Shown here: in pieces, positions 49,857-58,455 of the stretch | How positions within the stretch are numbered: the first letter of the stretch is position 1 | Layout of the letters: the number at the start of each line of letters is the position of its first letter | DNA from: Deferribacteraceae bacterium | GTDB lineage: Bacteria; Chrysiogenota; Deferribacteres; Deferribacterales; Deferrivibrionaceae | DNA length: 64,000 bases | Assembly: GCA_020054865.1 (NCBI GenBank) | Contig: JAIHAR010000003.1 | Span: forward strand, 39,645 to 103,644 | Direction of reading: 5' to 3' | Notes under the pieces: generated by a model | What the model was told of the DNA's origin: nothing | What the model saw: the letters and a program-made list of their open reading frames with translations, nothing else | The model's database searches: none | Position numbers and translations under genes: made by a program

Positions 49857-50969
49857 ATGTGTAAAAAGATATTTATAACTGCTATTATACTGTTAGCGGC
49901 ATTCTCTGCACAGTTATATGCTGCATCTGTAGAGGCTGTCGGTGAAGCATTGATAGCAAATAACGATATTGGTGCTGCCAAAAATCAGGCGATAGCGCGA
50001 GCAAAATGGGCAGCTCTTGAAAAGGCTGCTCAGGTAAATGTGAAGGTTGAGACAATTGTTCAAAATGCGCTTTTGGTTGATGAATCTATTAAATCAGAAG
50101 TATCAGGAGCTATTAAGGATTTTTCGGTTATTGACGAAGGTAAAGATGGGGATACATATTGGGTAAAGATTAAAGCCAATGTAGAGCAAAAAGATGCGGT
50201 TAAAACAGTAAGTCTTTTTGCAAAAAATACTTCGGTATCTGTGCTTTTGCCTGTGGTATTCCCTGATGGAAGAGTGCTTGAAACATCTCCATTGTCTGAA
50301 AAAATCATTAATGAACTTTTGCTGCAAAATTTTGAGGTTGTGGATGTTGCTTCCCTTGGCAACCCCTATTCAATTGAACAGCTCAGCAATGCTATGCAGA
50401 ATAATGATTTTTTGCTTCTTAGAAGTCTGGCTTACAGGTCTCTTTCAGGGGTATTGCTTGTTGGTAAAGTTGAAAGCATTGCCACTGCAAAAGAGGGTAA
50501 AAATATTGGATATGGGATTAATCTCCCTTTTAATATTGTAAATGGTAAACTGACTTATAGACTTATAGGAAGTAAAGACGGACAGAAAATTATTCTTGAT
50601 AGTGGCTATGTTTCGGCAAGAGGTCAGGCTGCTTCTGTTGATGATGCAGTTTATAATATGCTTGAAACCCTCAGCTATGAAGTAACAAACAGAATTATAT
50701 CAAAAATCTCTGAAAAGATCAGGGGGATTGAAAACAGAAAGGTGGAAATTGTTTTGGCGGGGAATACCGACGTAAACAAGCTGTTGCAGTTAAAGGGTGA
50801 CCTTCAGTATATTGCCTGGGTACTAAATATTGAAACTCAAGGTACTGACAAACTTGTCCTTGATTATCCGGAAAAAGTAATTTATCTTGCCAATGCTATT
50901 GAGCAGAAGAGGATATACAGTATAAAAAAGATTGATGACAGACGAATAGTCCTTGAGTCAAACAGATAA
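49857..50969 (+). CDS. secreted LPP20/FlgP-like domain protein
   Basis: 370 aa; cleavable signal peptide (LYA-AS); LPP20-like N-terminal pattern (VEAVGEALIANNDIGAAKNQAIARAKWAALEKA); 6 nt after the CsgG-like gene. Confidence 0.45.
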   Translation: MCKKIFITAIILLAAFSAQLYAASVEAVGEALIANNDIGAAKNQAIARAKWAALEKAAQVNVKVETIVQNALLVDESIKSEVSGAIKDFSVIDEGKDGDTYWVKIKANVEQKDAVKTVSLFAKNTSVSVLLPVVFPDGRVLETSPLSEKIINELLLQNFEVVDVASLGNPYSIEQLSNAMQNNDFLLLRSLAYRSLSGVLLVGKVESIATAKEGKNIGYGINLPFNIVNGKLTYRLIGSKDGQKIILDSGYVSARGQAASVDDAVYNMLETLSYEVTNRIISKISEKIRGIENRKVEIVLAGNTDVNKLLQLKGDLQYIAWVLNIETQGTDKLVLDYPEKVIYLANAIEQKRIYSIKKIDDRRIVLESNR

Positions 50970-50975
50970 TCAGAA

Positions 50976-51007
50976 GAGCCGCATAATTTAAGCGGCTCTT
51001 TTATTTT
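50976..51007 (+). terminator. rho-independent terminator (GAGCCGC-N9-GCGGCTC + TTTTATTTT)
   Basis: 7-bp GC stem with T-tract directly after the 50969 stop. Confidence 0.7.
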
Positions 51008-51049
51008 ACCATTTGAAATATATCTGATTTAAATAAAATCATACCTCTA

Positions 51050-51078
51050 TTGACATTTGGTTTAAATAAGACTAATAT
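51050..51078 (+). promoter_or_regulatory. near-consensus sigma70 promoter for the Rrf2 gene (TTGACA 51050-51055; 17-nt spacer; TAATAT 51073-51078)
   Basis: Optimal spacing; predicted TSS ~51085; RBS AAGAGG 51096-51101; ATG 51111. Confidence 0.55.
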
Positions 51079-51110
51079 TGTCTAAATTAAGTTTGCAAGA
51101 GGTATTAGTT

Positions 51111-51512
51111 ATGAAAATAACCAGAGCAGGGGATTATGCTTTAAAAGTTATGGCTTATATTGGTTCGCAGGATAAAAATAAGTTATTTATGCGTAATGAG
51201 TTATCGGAAATTTGTGGCATTCCTGATAGTTTTTTGGGCAAAATTTTACAGTCCCTTGCAAGAAACAATATTTTGTATTCCGAGAGGGGTAAAAACGGTG
51301 GTTTTAAGTTTGTTAAAGAGCCTCAGGAGATAACATTGTACGACATAATAAAGGCTGTTGAGGGGGAAATAAAGATAAATGATTGTCTTGTTGACCCGGA
51401 TTTTTGTTCAGGTCTGACTTCTTGCAATATCCATAATGTGCTTGGTAAAATCAGGGAATCATTTATAGATGAGCTCAAAAAATATACCCTTGAAAATATT
51501 ATCCAAGGTTAA
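51111..51512 (+). CDS. Rrf2-family transcriptional regulator with three-Cys cluster/redox motif (IscR/NsrR-like)
   Basis: 133 aa from ATG 51111 (the ORF-track start 51078 lies inside the promoter -10); N-terminal wHTH MKITRAGDYALKVM; CLVDPDFCSGLTSC = C-X6-C-X5-C. Confidence 0.8.
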   Translation: MKITRAGDYALKVMAYIGSQDKNKLFMRNELSEICGIPDSFLGKILQSLARNNILYSERGKNGGFKFVKEPQEITLYDIIKAVEGEIKINDCLVDPDFCSGLTSCNIHNVLGKIRESFIDELKKYTLENIIQG

Positions 51513-51518
51513 AGTAGT

Positions 51519-51538
51519 TTACATATTATTAAATGTAA
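51519..51538. promoter_or_regulatory. inverted repeat TTACAT-N8-ATGTAA between the Rrf2 gene and nrdJ
   Basis: Perfect 6-bp arms starting 7 nt after the Rrf2 stop; shares the TACAT/ATGTA half-site with the palindrome at 45040-45053. Confidence 0.3.
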
Positions 51539-51680
51539 CTTATTGATAGTAAATGTAAAAATATATTGTTTTTATTACCATAAGGTTATAGGTTTTTAGA
51601 TTATTTGCTATTGAAATTAAAAAAATATAGGTTAAAATCCTACAGCTAATTTTCAAATAAGTTATCCTGGAGGAATTTTA

Positions 51681-53987
51681 ATGATTAAAACAGATTTATT
51701 AGAAAAACTAAATAAAGAGCCAAAACTTTCAGCTAATGCTGTCACGGTTTTAAAGAAAAGGTATCTCAAGAAAGATGAGGATGGAAATGTAGTTGAGACA
51801 CCTCAGGGTATGTTTCAAAGAGTAGCTTTGAATATTGCAAATGCTGAATTAAAATATGGCTCTGAATCAAAATACGAAGAATACGCCGTGAAGTTTTATG
51901 ATATGATGGTAGACTTAAAATTTCTTCCAAATTCGCCCACACTTATGAATGCTGGTAAGGAGCTGCAGCAGCTTTCAGCCTGTTTTGTGCTTCCTGTTGA
52001 GGATTCTCTGGAAAAAATATTTGAGGCTGTAAAACATACTGCTCTTATTCACAAGTCGGGTGGCGGGACAGGGTTTTCTTTTTCAAGGCTAAGGCCCAAA
52101 GATGATGTTGTGAGGACTACAAAAGGGGTTTCAAGTGGCCCTGTTTCATTTATGAGTGTTTTTGATTCTGCTACTGAGACTATCAAGCAGGGGGGCACAA
52201 GACGAGGCGCAAATATGGGTATATTGAGGGTTGATCATCCCGATATAATGGAGTTTATCTATGCAAAACAGGATAAAACCAAATTGACAAATTTCAATCT
52301 TTCGGTTGCTATTACTGAAGAGTTTATGGAAAAGGCGCTGAAAAATGAAGAATACGAGCTAAGAAATCCGAAAACTGGTAAAGTTGTAAAAAAACTAAAT
52401 GCCAAAGAAGTTTTTGACCAGATGGTTAAACTTGCTTGGGAGGGTGGCGACCCAGGGATAGTTTTTATTGACAGAATTAATAAATTTAACCCTACCCCTA
52501 ATGAAGGTGAAATAGAAAGTACCAATCCATGTGGGGAGCAACCACTTTTGCCATATGAATCTTGCAACTTAGGCTCAATAAACCTTGGTAAATTTGTAAA
52601 AGGTAATGATATAGATTGGGATGACTTAAGATATGTTATTCAAACCGGAGTGAGATTTCTTGATAATGTTATCGATATGAATTGTTATCCTATTGAAGAA
52701 ATCGATAAAATGACCAAGAAAAATCGCAAAATTGGGCTTGGTGTGATGGGTTTTGCTGACATGCTTGCTTTGCTTGATATCCCTTATAACTCTGAAGAAG
52801 CTATTGAAATGGCAGAGATGGTGATGAAATTTATTCAGGATGAGGGAAGAATAGCTTCCGGAGAGCTGGCAAAAGAGAGGGGTAATTTCCCTAACTTTGA
52901 AGAAAGTATATACCCTGATATGGGGTTTGAATATATGAGAAATGCAACAGTTACCACCATTGCTCCTACAGGTACAATATCTATAATTGGAGGTTGTTCG
53001 AGCGGTGTTGAGCCTTATTTTGCAATTGCTTTTTACAGAAATGTTATGGACAACAATAAGCTTGTGGAAGTAAACCCTATATTTAAGGAGAGAGCTAAAA
53101 AGGATGGATTCTTTACGAAAGAGCTTATGGATAAAATTGCTGAGAAAGGCACATTGCATGACATTGATGAGATTCCTTCTCATATAAAGAATGTTTTTGT
53201 TACTGCTCACGAGATTTCGCCTATATGGCATGTGAGGATGCAGGCGGCTTTTCAGAAATATACAGATAATGCGGTAAGTAAAACCGTGAATTTTCCAAAT
53301 GAAGCTACGATTGATGATGTAAGGGAAGTTTATATACTTGCTTATAAGCAGGGGTGTAAAGGGATTACAATTTACCGGGATGGAAGCCGTGATGCCCAGG
53401 TTATAAACCTTGGAACAAAAGAAAAAGATGCCAAGGAACAGGCTGCTCAGGAATACCACGCTATTTTCAGACCAAGGCCAAGGCCAAAAGTATTGTTTGG
53501 AAAAACTCTTGAGATGATGACAGGTTGTGGGAAACTTTATGTTACTATTAATTTTGATGAAAATAATGAGCCTTTTGAAGTTTTTACAAGTATGGGTAAA
53601 GCTGGCGGATGTGCCCAAAGTCAGTGTGAAGCAATAGGGAGGTTAATTTCCCTTGTTTTCAGAAGTGGTGGTGACTATGATATTGTGGTCAAACAGCTTA
53701 AAGGTATTTCTTGCCATATGAGATATGGTTTTGGACAAAATCAGATATTAAGCTGTGCTGATGCAGTTGGAAAAGCCATTGAAAAAGCAATAATGATGGG
53801 CTCTGAGTTTAAGGTAATCAATCAGGAAAAACTTACCGTCGATAAACTTCTTGAAGAAGCAGAAAAAAAGTCAGGAAGTCTTAACGAGCAAATCAGAAAC
53901 GGAGCTTGTCCTGAATGTGGCGGACCGATACAATATGTAGAAGGGTGCGATGTCTGCCATTCTTGTGGTTATTCTCACTGCAGTTAG
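51681..53987 (+). CDS. nrdJ: adenosylcobalamin-dependent (class II) ribonucleotide reductase
   Basis: 768 aa; class II RNR pattern; catalytic Cys region (NPCGEQPL); C-terminal Cys-rich Zn-ribbon tail (CPECGG...CDVCHSCGYSHC). Confidence 0.85.
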   Translation: MIKTDLLEKLNKEPKLSANAVTVLKKRYLKKDEDGNVVETPQGMFQRVALNIANAELKYGSESKYEEYAVKFYDMMVDLKFLPNSPTLMNAGKELQQLSACFVLPVEDSLEKIFEAVKHTALIHKSGGGTGFSFSRLRPKDDVVRTTKGVSSGPVSFMSVFDSATETIKQGGTRRGANMGILRVDHPDIMEFIYAKQDKTKLTNFNLSVAITEEFMEKALKNEEYELRNPKTGKVVKKLNAKEVFDQMVKLAWEGGDPGIVFIDRINKFNPTPNEGEIESTNPCGEQPLLPYESCNLGSINLGKFVKGNDIDWDDLRYVIQTGVRFLDNVIDMNCYPIEEIDKMTKKNRKIGLGVMGFADMLALLDIPYNSEEAIEMAEMVMKFIQDEGRIASGELAKERGNFPNFEESIYPDMGFEYMRNATVTTIAPTGTISIIGGCSSGVEPYFAIAFYRNVMDNNKLVEVNPIFKERAKKDGFFTKELMDKIAEKGTLHDIDEIPSHIKNVFVTAHEISPIWHVRMQAAFQKYTDNAVSKTVNFPNEATIDDVREVYILAYKQGCKGITIYRDGSRDAQVINLGTKEKDAKEQAAQEYHAIFRPRPRPKVLFGKTLEMMTGCGKLYVTINFDENNEPFEVFTSMGKAGGCAQSQCEAIGRLISLVFRSGGDYDIVVKQLKGISCHMRYGFGQNQILSCADAVGKAIEKAIMMGSEFKVINQEKLTVDKLLEEAEKKSGSLNEQIRNGACPECGGPIQYVEGCDVCHSCGYSHCS

Positions 53988-54000
53988 GATTATAAAAGAC

Positions 54001-54022
54001 GGGGGCCAAAGCCCCCTTCTTT
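54001..54022. terminator. rho-independent terminator (GGGGGC-caaa-GCCCCC) between convergent nrdJ and SSS transporter
   Basis: 6-bp G/C stem, 4-nt loop, flanked by AAAAGA and TTCTTT. Confidence 0.65.
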
Positions 54023-55283
54023 AAATCATATAAAAGATAATTGCTGCAAATGTAATATAAAAAAATATTTCTATTTTTCTAAGATCGATTTTTTCATTTA
54101 AATATAAAGCTGCAATAAGAGGTAAAAAGACAATTGAGCCCCTTATCCCCATAGAAAGATAGCTCCATTTTAAAATTTTTGATTCAAATCCTAATGCAAC
54201 AATAAGATAAGAAGATGATACAACGGTTAAGTTTATTAGTCTGATAGCAGATATTTCATTTTTTATTTTGAGCTTTGAAATAAAATCTTTGTAGATGTTT
54301 GTAGTAACTCCTACCACCAATCCTGACGCAGTTCCTAATACTATAAATAGTATGAAAGAGAGAATAATTGATGTTATGAGCGGTGAAAAATGAGAATTGA
54401 TAAAATATGGGAAGACTTCCGCTCCGGTTTTGGTGACGAAACCGGAGGCTCTGACATACATTCCGATATACACACCTAAAAAACCTACCGGAGGGATTAA
54501 TGCAGCGCTTAAAATACTCCCCCAGACAGCATCTTTTTTGCTTTTAGCAGAGAATATGGCCTGGAGATACACCTGGGTTGACAGGACACCTATTATCATA
54601 AAAATAAGATCAAATGTTGCCTTTTTTTTCCCGTAACTGAATAGACTAAACCAGTTAATATTATCTGGCAAACTGTCAAAGATGTATAAGCCGCCAGCTT
54701 TGAAGGCTTCAAAAAAACAGACCAGCATAACGATATAAATAACAAATATTTTTATTTTACCTATAACTGATGAGCCTTTGACACCTCCATACACAGAGTA
54801 AAGTAAAATGATGAGGGATGATATAAAGGAGCCGTTTATTAATTTTAAACCGAAAAAATGTGATATGATAGCACCTGACGCGATAATTTGTGCAATTATA
54901 TGTATGTAGATTCCAAGTGTACTGAAAAAACTACTGACTTTTCTAAATCTTTGTCCAATGTATCTTCCAAGGAATTCTGTAATTGTGGTAATATTACTTA
55001 CATATAACTTATCAGTGAGAATAAGGCCTAAAATGATGCAGGCTATCCCTGAGCCAAGGGTGAAAATTACACCGGCCAATCCGTAGAAGTAAGCCATCTG
55101 TACAGTACCTAATGTGGATGCTCCCCCTACGAGCGTGCCGATAATAACACCAGCTACACCGAAATAGCTTAAGTTTTTTCCAGCCAATAAAAAATCGTTG
55201 CTGTTTTTTGCTTTGTTTTTTGTGAGAAATACCTGGAAACTTAAAATTAATGTTACTGAAATAAATAGGATTTTATATATCAT
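54021..55283 (-). CDS. sodium:solute symporter (SSS) family transporter
   Basis: 420 aa; 11-12 TM helices; SSS-like N-terminal pattern (DFLLAGKNLSYFGVAGVIIGTLVGGAST). Confidence 0.65.
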   Translation of the reverse strand: MIYKILFISVTLILSFQVFLTKNKAKNSNDFLLAGKNLSYFGVAGVIIGTLVGGASTLGTVQMAYFYGLAGVIFTLGSGIACIILGLILTDKLYVSNITTITEFLGRYIGQRFRKVSSFFSTLGIYIHIIAQIIASGAIISHFFGLKLINGSFISSLIILLYSVYGGVKGSSVIGKIKIFVIYIVMLVCFFEAFKAGGLYIFDSLPDNINWFSLFSYGKKKATFDLIFMIIGVLSTQVYLQAIFSAKSKKDAVWGSILSAALIPPVGFLGVYIGMYVRASGFVTKTGAEVFPYFINSHFSPLITSIILSFILFIVLGTASGLVVGVTTNIYKDFISKLKIKNEISAIRLINLTVVSSSYLIVALGFESKILKWSYLSMGIRGSIVFLPLIAALYLNEKIDLRKIEIFFYITFAAIIFYMI

Positions 55284-55795
55284 TTATTGTTTAGCATCTC
55301 ATAAGTTTTACTAAATATGTCGAAATCATTTTTTGTAAAGAGGCATATATAACAGTTTTTGATTTTATTGGATAAATTTTCTTTGAAATCAATCATAGCT
55401 TTTAAGATAACGTGTGATGCCTCTTTTATTGGATAACCGAAAATCCCGGTGGAAATAGCAGGGAAAGCAATAGTTTTGATGTTGTATCTATCAGCCAAGC
55501 TTAAAGAATTGTATATTGCATTGTATAAAAGTTTGTCCGGGTTTTTATCAATGTTATATCTTGGACCTACTGCATGGATGACATACTTTGCCTTTAAATT
55601 TCCTCCTGAAGTTATAACAGCGCCCCCTATATCGCAATGACCTATTTTGTTGCATTCTTCCTGAATTATGTCGCCACCTTTTTTTCTGATTGCACCAGCA
55701 ACGCCACTTCCAAGTATCAGATCAGAATTGGCAGCATTTACAATACAGTCTACATCAAGCTCTGTAATGTCTCCGGTTAATAACTTAACTTCCAT
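55280..55795 (-). CDS. macro-domain protein (O-acetyl-ADP-ribose deacetylase/YmdB-like)
   Basis: 171 aa; macro-domain motifs (DCIVNAANSDLILGSGVAGAIRKKGG; GIFGYP). Confidence 0.8.
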   Translation of the reverse strand: MEVKLLTGDITELDVDCIVNAANSDLILGSGVAGAIRKKGGDIIQEECNKIGHCDIGGAVITSGGNLKAKYVIHAVGPRYNIDKNPDKLLYNAIYNSLSLADRYNIKTIAFPAISTGIFGYPIKEASHVILKAMIDFKENLSNKIKNCYICLFTKNDFDIFSKTYEMLNNK

Positions 55796-55940
55796 ATAAG
55801 ATTAATAACATCTTTTTGTCAGAAATTCATCAAAAAATTTTCCAATTTAACATATAGAAAATTTATATCCATAAGTATTAAAACATAAATCTTGACAATT
55901 TAGAAATATTGTTTTAAAAAGAGAGTAATAAGGAAAGGCT

Positions 55941-56735
55941 ATGAAAATAGGATGTTCACAACGAATTATAAAAACTGGTAACCTGGAAGAAAATTTGAAT
56001 CATTTTGTTAATGATTTAATGTTATATGCTGATAAAGGTGTTGACATTGTTGTTTTTCCTGAAATGTGGGCAACCGGGTTTGATTATAAAAATATATTGG
56101 AACACTCAAGGAAGACCGAAGCTATTATTGAAGAAGTGTCCAAAAAGCTTAAAAACTTTCAGCTTGCTATTTTGTCTCTTCCAGAAAATGATAATAATGA
56201 AGTGTACAATACGATTTTTGCTGTTGACAGTTCCGGGGTTATTGCCAGATATCGAAAGATTTTTCTTTTTTCCCCTTTGAAGGAGGATGTTTACTTTAAA
56301 AAAGGGGACTTTGAAATATCTGTTTTTACCTTTAATTCTGTAAAAATTTCACTTCATACATGTTATGAAATAAGATTCCCAGAATTATTTAGAATTGCAG
56401 CTTATAATGGATCACAATTAATGATTGTTCCTGCTATCTGGCCTGATTTTAAAAAATACCATTGGCTTACGCTTTTAAGGGCAAGGGCTATAGAAAATCA
56501 GACGTTTGTTGTGGGTTGCAACGCTTATGAAGTGTATAACAATGGAAAAACTATAAAATGTGGACATTCGGCTGTATTTGACCCCTGGGGTGAGTCAGTT
56601 GCTTATATAGAAAATGTATCTGATTTAATGATTGCTGAGATGGATTTAAGCAAATTGTTGGAGGTAAGACAGGCCATACCAAGCCTGAAAGATGCAAGTG
56701 GTTATTTTAAAATAGATAAAATTAAAAGCCTATAA
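55941..56735 (+). CDS. carbon-nitrogen hydrolase (nitrilase superfamily) protein
   Basis: 264 aa; E-K-C catalytic triad context (FPEMW; RKIFLF; CYEIRFPE). Confidence 0.8.
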   Translation: MKIGCSQRIIKTGNLEENLNHFVNDLMLYADKGVDIVVFPEMWATGFDYKNILEHSRKTEAIIEEVSKKLKNFQLAILSLPENDNNEVYNTIFAVDSSGVIARYRKIFLFSPLKEDVYFKKGDFEISVFTFNSVKISLHTCYEIRFPELFRIAAYNGSQLMIVPAIWPDFKKYHWLTLLRARAIENQTFVVGCNAYEVYNNGKTIKCGHSAVFDPWGESVAYIENVSDLMIAEMDLSKLLEVRQAIPSLKDASGYFKIDKIKSL

Positions 56736-56755
56736 AGGCAAATAAGGAGGAATGT

Positions 56756-58321
56756 ATGTCAGAATTAGAAAAGCGTATTAGAAAGAAAAGTCTTTTATCC
56801 AAAGTAATGAAACCGGAAGATATTGTTAAGCTTTTTGCTGAGGCTGGTGCTGGTAAAAAAGTTTTAAACCTTGGTTGGTCAGGTTTTACTCCTGTTGGTT
56901 ATCCGAAAGTAGTTCCAATTGCTTTGGCTGATTATGTGGAGCAAAACGGTTTGCAGGGGAAATGGAAATTCAATCTATTTATAGGTGCATCTGTTGGTGT
57001 AGAAACTGAAGACAGATGGGCTACTCTTGATATGATTGATAGAAGATGGCCATATCAAACTGGTAAGAATATACAGAAATCTATTAACTCTGGTAAAATT
57101 AGGTTTGGTGACAAACACTTATCAATGTTTGCTCAGGATTTAAAATACGGTTTTTATACAAAAGATGAAGGTGGGAAGCTTGATTTTGCTTTGATAGAAG
57201 CTTCTGCTATTACTGAAGATGGTGGGATAGTTCTTGCTGGATCTATCGGAGCTGCTCCTGAAATTATTGATGTTGCTGATAAAATAATAGTTGAAATAAA
57301 TACTGGTGTGCCATCTTTTGAAGGTATTCACGATATAGTTTCTACTGATTTGCCGCCTAACAGAAAGCCTTACCTAATTACTAAGGTTACTGACAGGATT
57401 GGTACAACATATGTTCCTGTTGATGATAAGAAAATAGTTGCAATTATAGAATCAAAAATGCCTGATAACGGTAGAGCTCTTACTGAACCTGATGACCTGT
57501 CCAACACTATTGCTGGTCATATTATGGAATTCTTTAAGCATGAAATCAAAATGGGAAGATTACCAGAAAACCTTTTACCACTCCAATCGGGGGTTGGTAA
57601 TATTGCAAATGCAGTTGTTGGTGGACTTGTTAATGGTGACTTTAAAAACCTTTTAGTATTTACTGAAGTATTACAGGATACAATGCTTGACCTTTTTGAC
57701 AGTGGAAAGCTTGATTTTGCAAATGCGACTTCACTTTCTCTTTCTGCGAAAGGTTTTGAGAGATTCTTTGCAAAATTTGATGAGTACACAAAGAAAATAA
57801 TACTCAGACCTCAACAAATTTCAAATAACCCTGAGTGTATCAGAAGACTTGGTGTTATAGGTATGAATACACCTGTGGAGTTTGACATCTATGCACATGC
57901 TAACTCTACTTGTGTTGGCGGAACAAGAATGATTAATGGTCTTGGTGGTTCTGGTGACTTTGAAAGAAATGCATATATTTCTATCATGCATACACCTTCA
58001 TGCAGACCATCCAAAACTGATGAGTTTGGTATTTCTGCCGTTGTGCCTAAGGCTCCGCATGTTGACCATACTGAGCATGATATTGATGTTCTTGTTACTG
58101 AGCAAGGACTTGCAGATCTTAGAGGTATGGCACCTAAGGAAAGAGCTCGTGAAATTATTAAAAAGTGTGCTCATCCAGCTTACAAAGATTATCTTATGGA
58201 TTATCTTGAAAGAGCTGAAAAAGCTACCGGCTATGCTCATGAACCACAACTTCTCGATGAATGTTATAAAATGCATTTAAGTTTGGCTGAAAACGGAACT
58301 ATGAGGTTCTGGAATAAATAA
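56756..58321 (+). CDS. acetyl-CoA hydrolase/transferase family enzyme (possible succinyl/propionyl-CoA:carboxylate CoA-transferase)
   Basis: 521 aa; AcetylCoA_hydro N- and C-terminal domains; size and pattern similar to YgfH/Cat1-type CoA-transferases. Confidence 0.75.
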   Translation: MSELEKRIRKKSLLSKVMKPEDIVKLFAEAGAGKKVLNLGWSGFTPVGYPKVVPIALADYVEQNGLQGKWKFNLFIGASVGVETEDRWATLDMIDRRWPYQTGKNIQKSINSGKIRFGDKHLSMFAQDLKYGFYTKDEGGKLDFALIEASAITEDGGIVLAGSIGAAPEIIDVADKIIVEINTGVPSFEGIHDIVSTDLPPNRKPYLITKVTDRIGTTYVPVDDKKIVAIIESKMPDNGRALTEPDDLSNTIAGHIMEFFKHEIKMGRLPENLLPLQSGVGNIANAVVGGLVNGDFKNLLVFTEVLQDTMLDLFDSGKLDFANATSLSLSAKGFERFFAKFDEYTKKIILRPQQISNNPECIRRLGVIGMNTPVEFDIYAHANSTCVGGTRMINGLGGSGDFERNAYISIMHTPSCRPSKTDEFGISAVVPKAPHVDHTEHDIDVLVTEQGLADLRGMAPKERAREIIKKCAHPAYKDYLMDYLERAEKATGYAHEPQLLDECYKMHLSLAENGTMRFWNK

Positions 58322-58330
58322 CAAATTTAG

Positions 58331-58356
58331 ACCCGCCGAAAAGGCGGGTTTTTTTA
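58331..58356 (+). terminator. rho-independent terminator (ACCCGCC-gaaaa-GGCGGGT + T8)
   Basis: Perfect 7-bp GC stem followed by TTTTTTTT, 10 nt after the CoA-transferase stop. Confidence 0.8.
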
Positions 58357-58455
58357 TACACGGCAGTAGGCAGAATACCGCGTATTTATGCGTGGGTGAA
58401 TGAGCTTTTTAGTGGTACACTTTTAGATGGAGTATACAAAAACATCATATAGTGT

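Noticed and set aside
51078-51110. ORF-track start of the Rrf2 gene (MSKLSLQEVLV...)
   Set aside because: It would begin inside the promoter -10 hexamer. The Rrf2 family begins with MK(I/L)T..G.YAL, matching ATG 51111 with RBS AAGAGG.
51513-51680. Possible cobalamin riboswitch upstream of nrdJ (or upstream of the B12 mutase at 6236-6308)
   Set aside because: Both regions are short, AT-rich and lack the B12-box (rAGYCMGgAgaCCkGCc-like) and GC-rich multi-stem structure.
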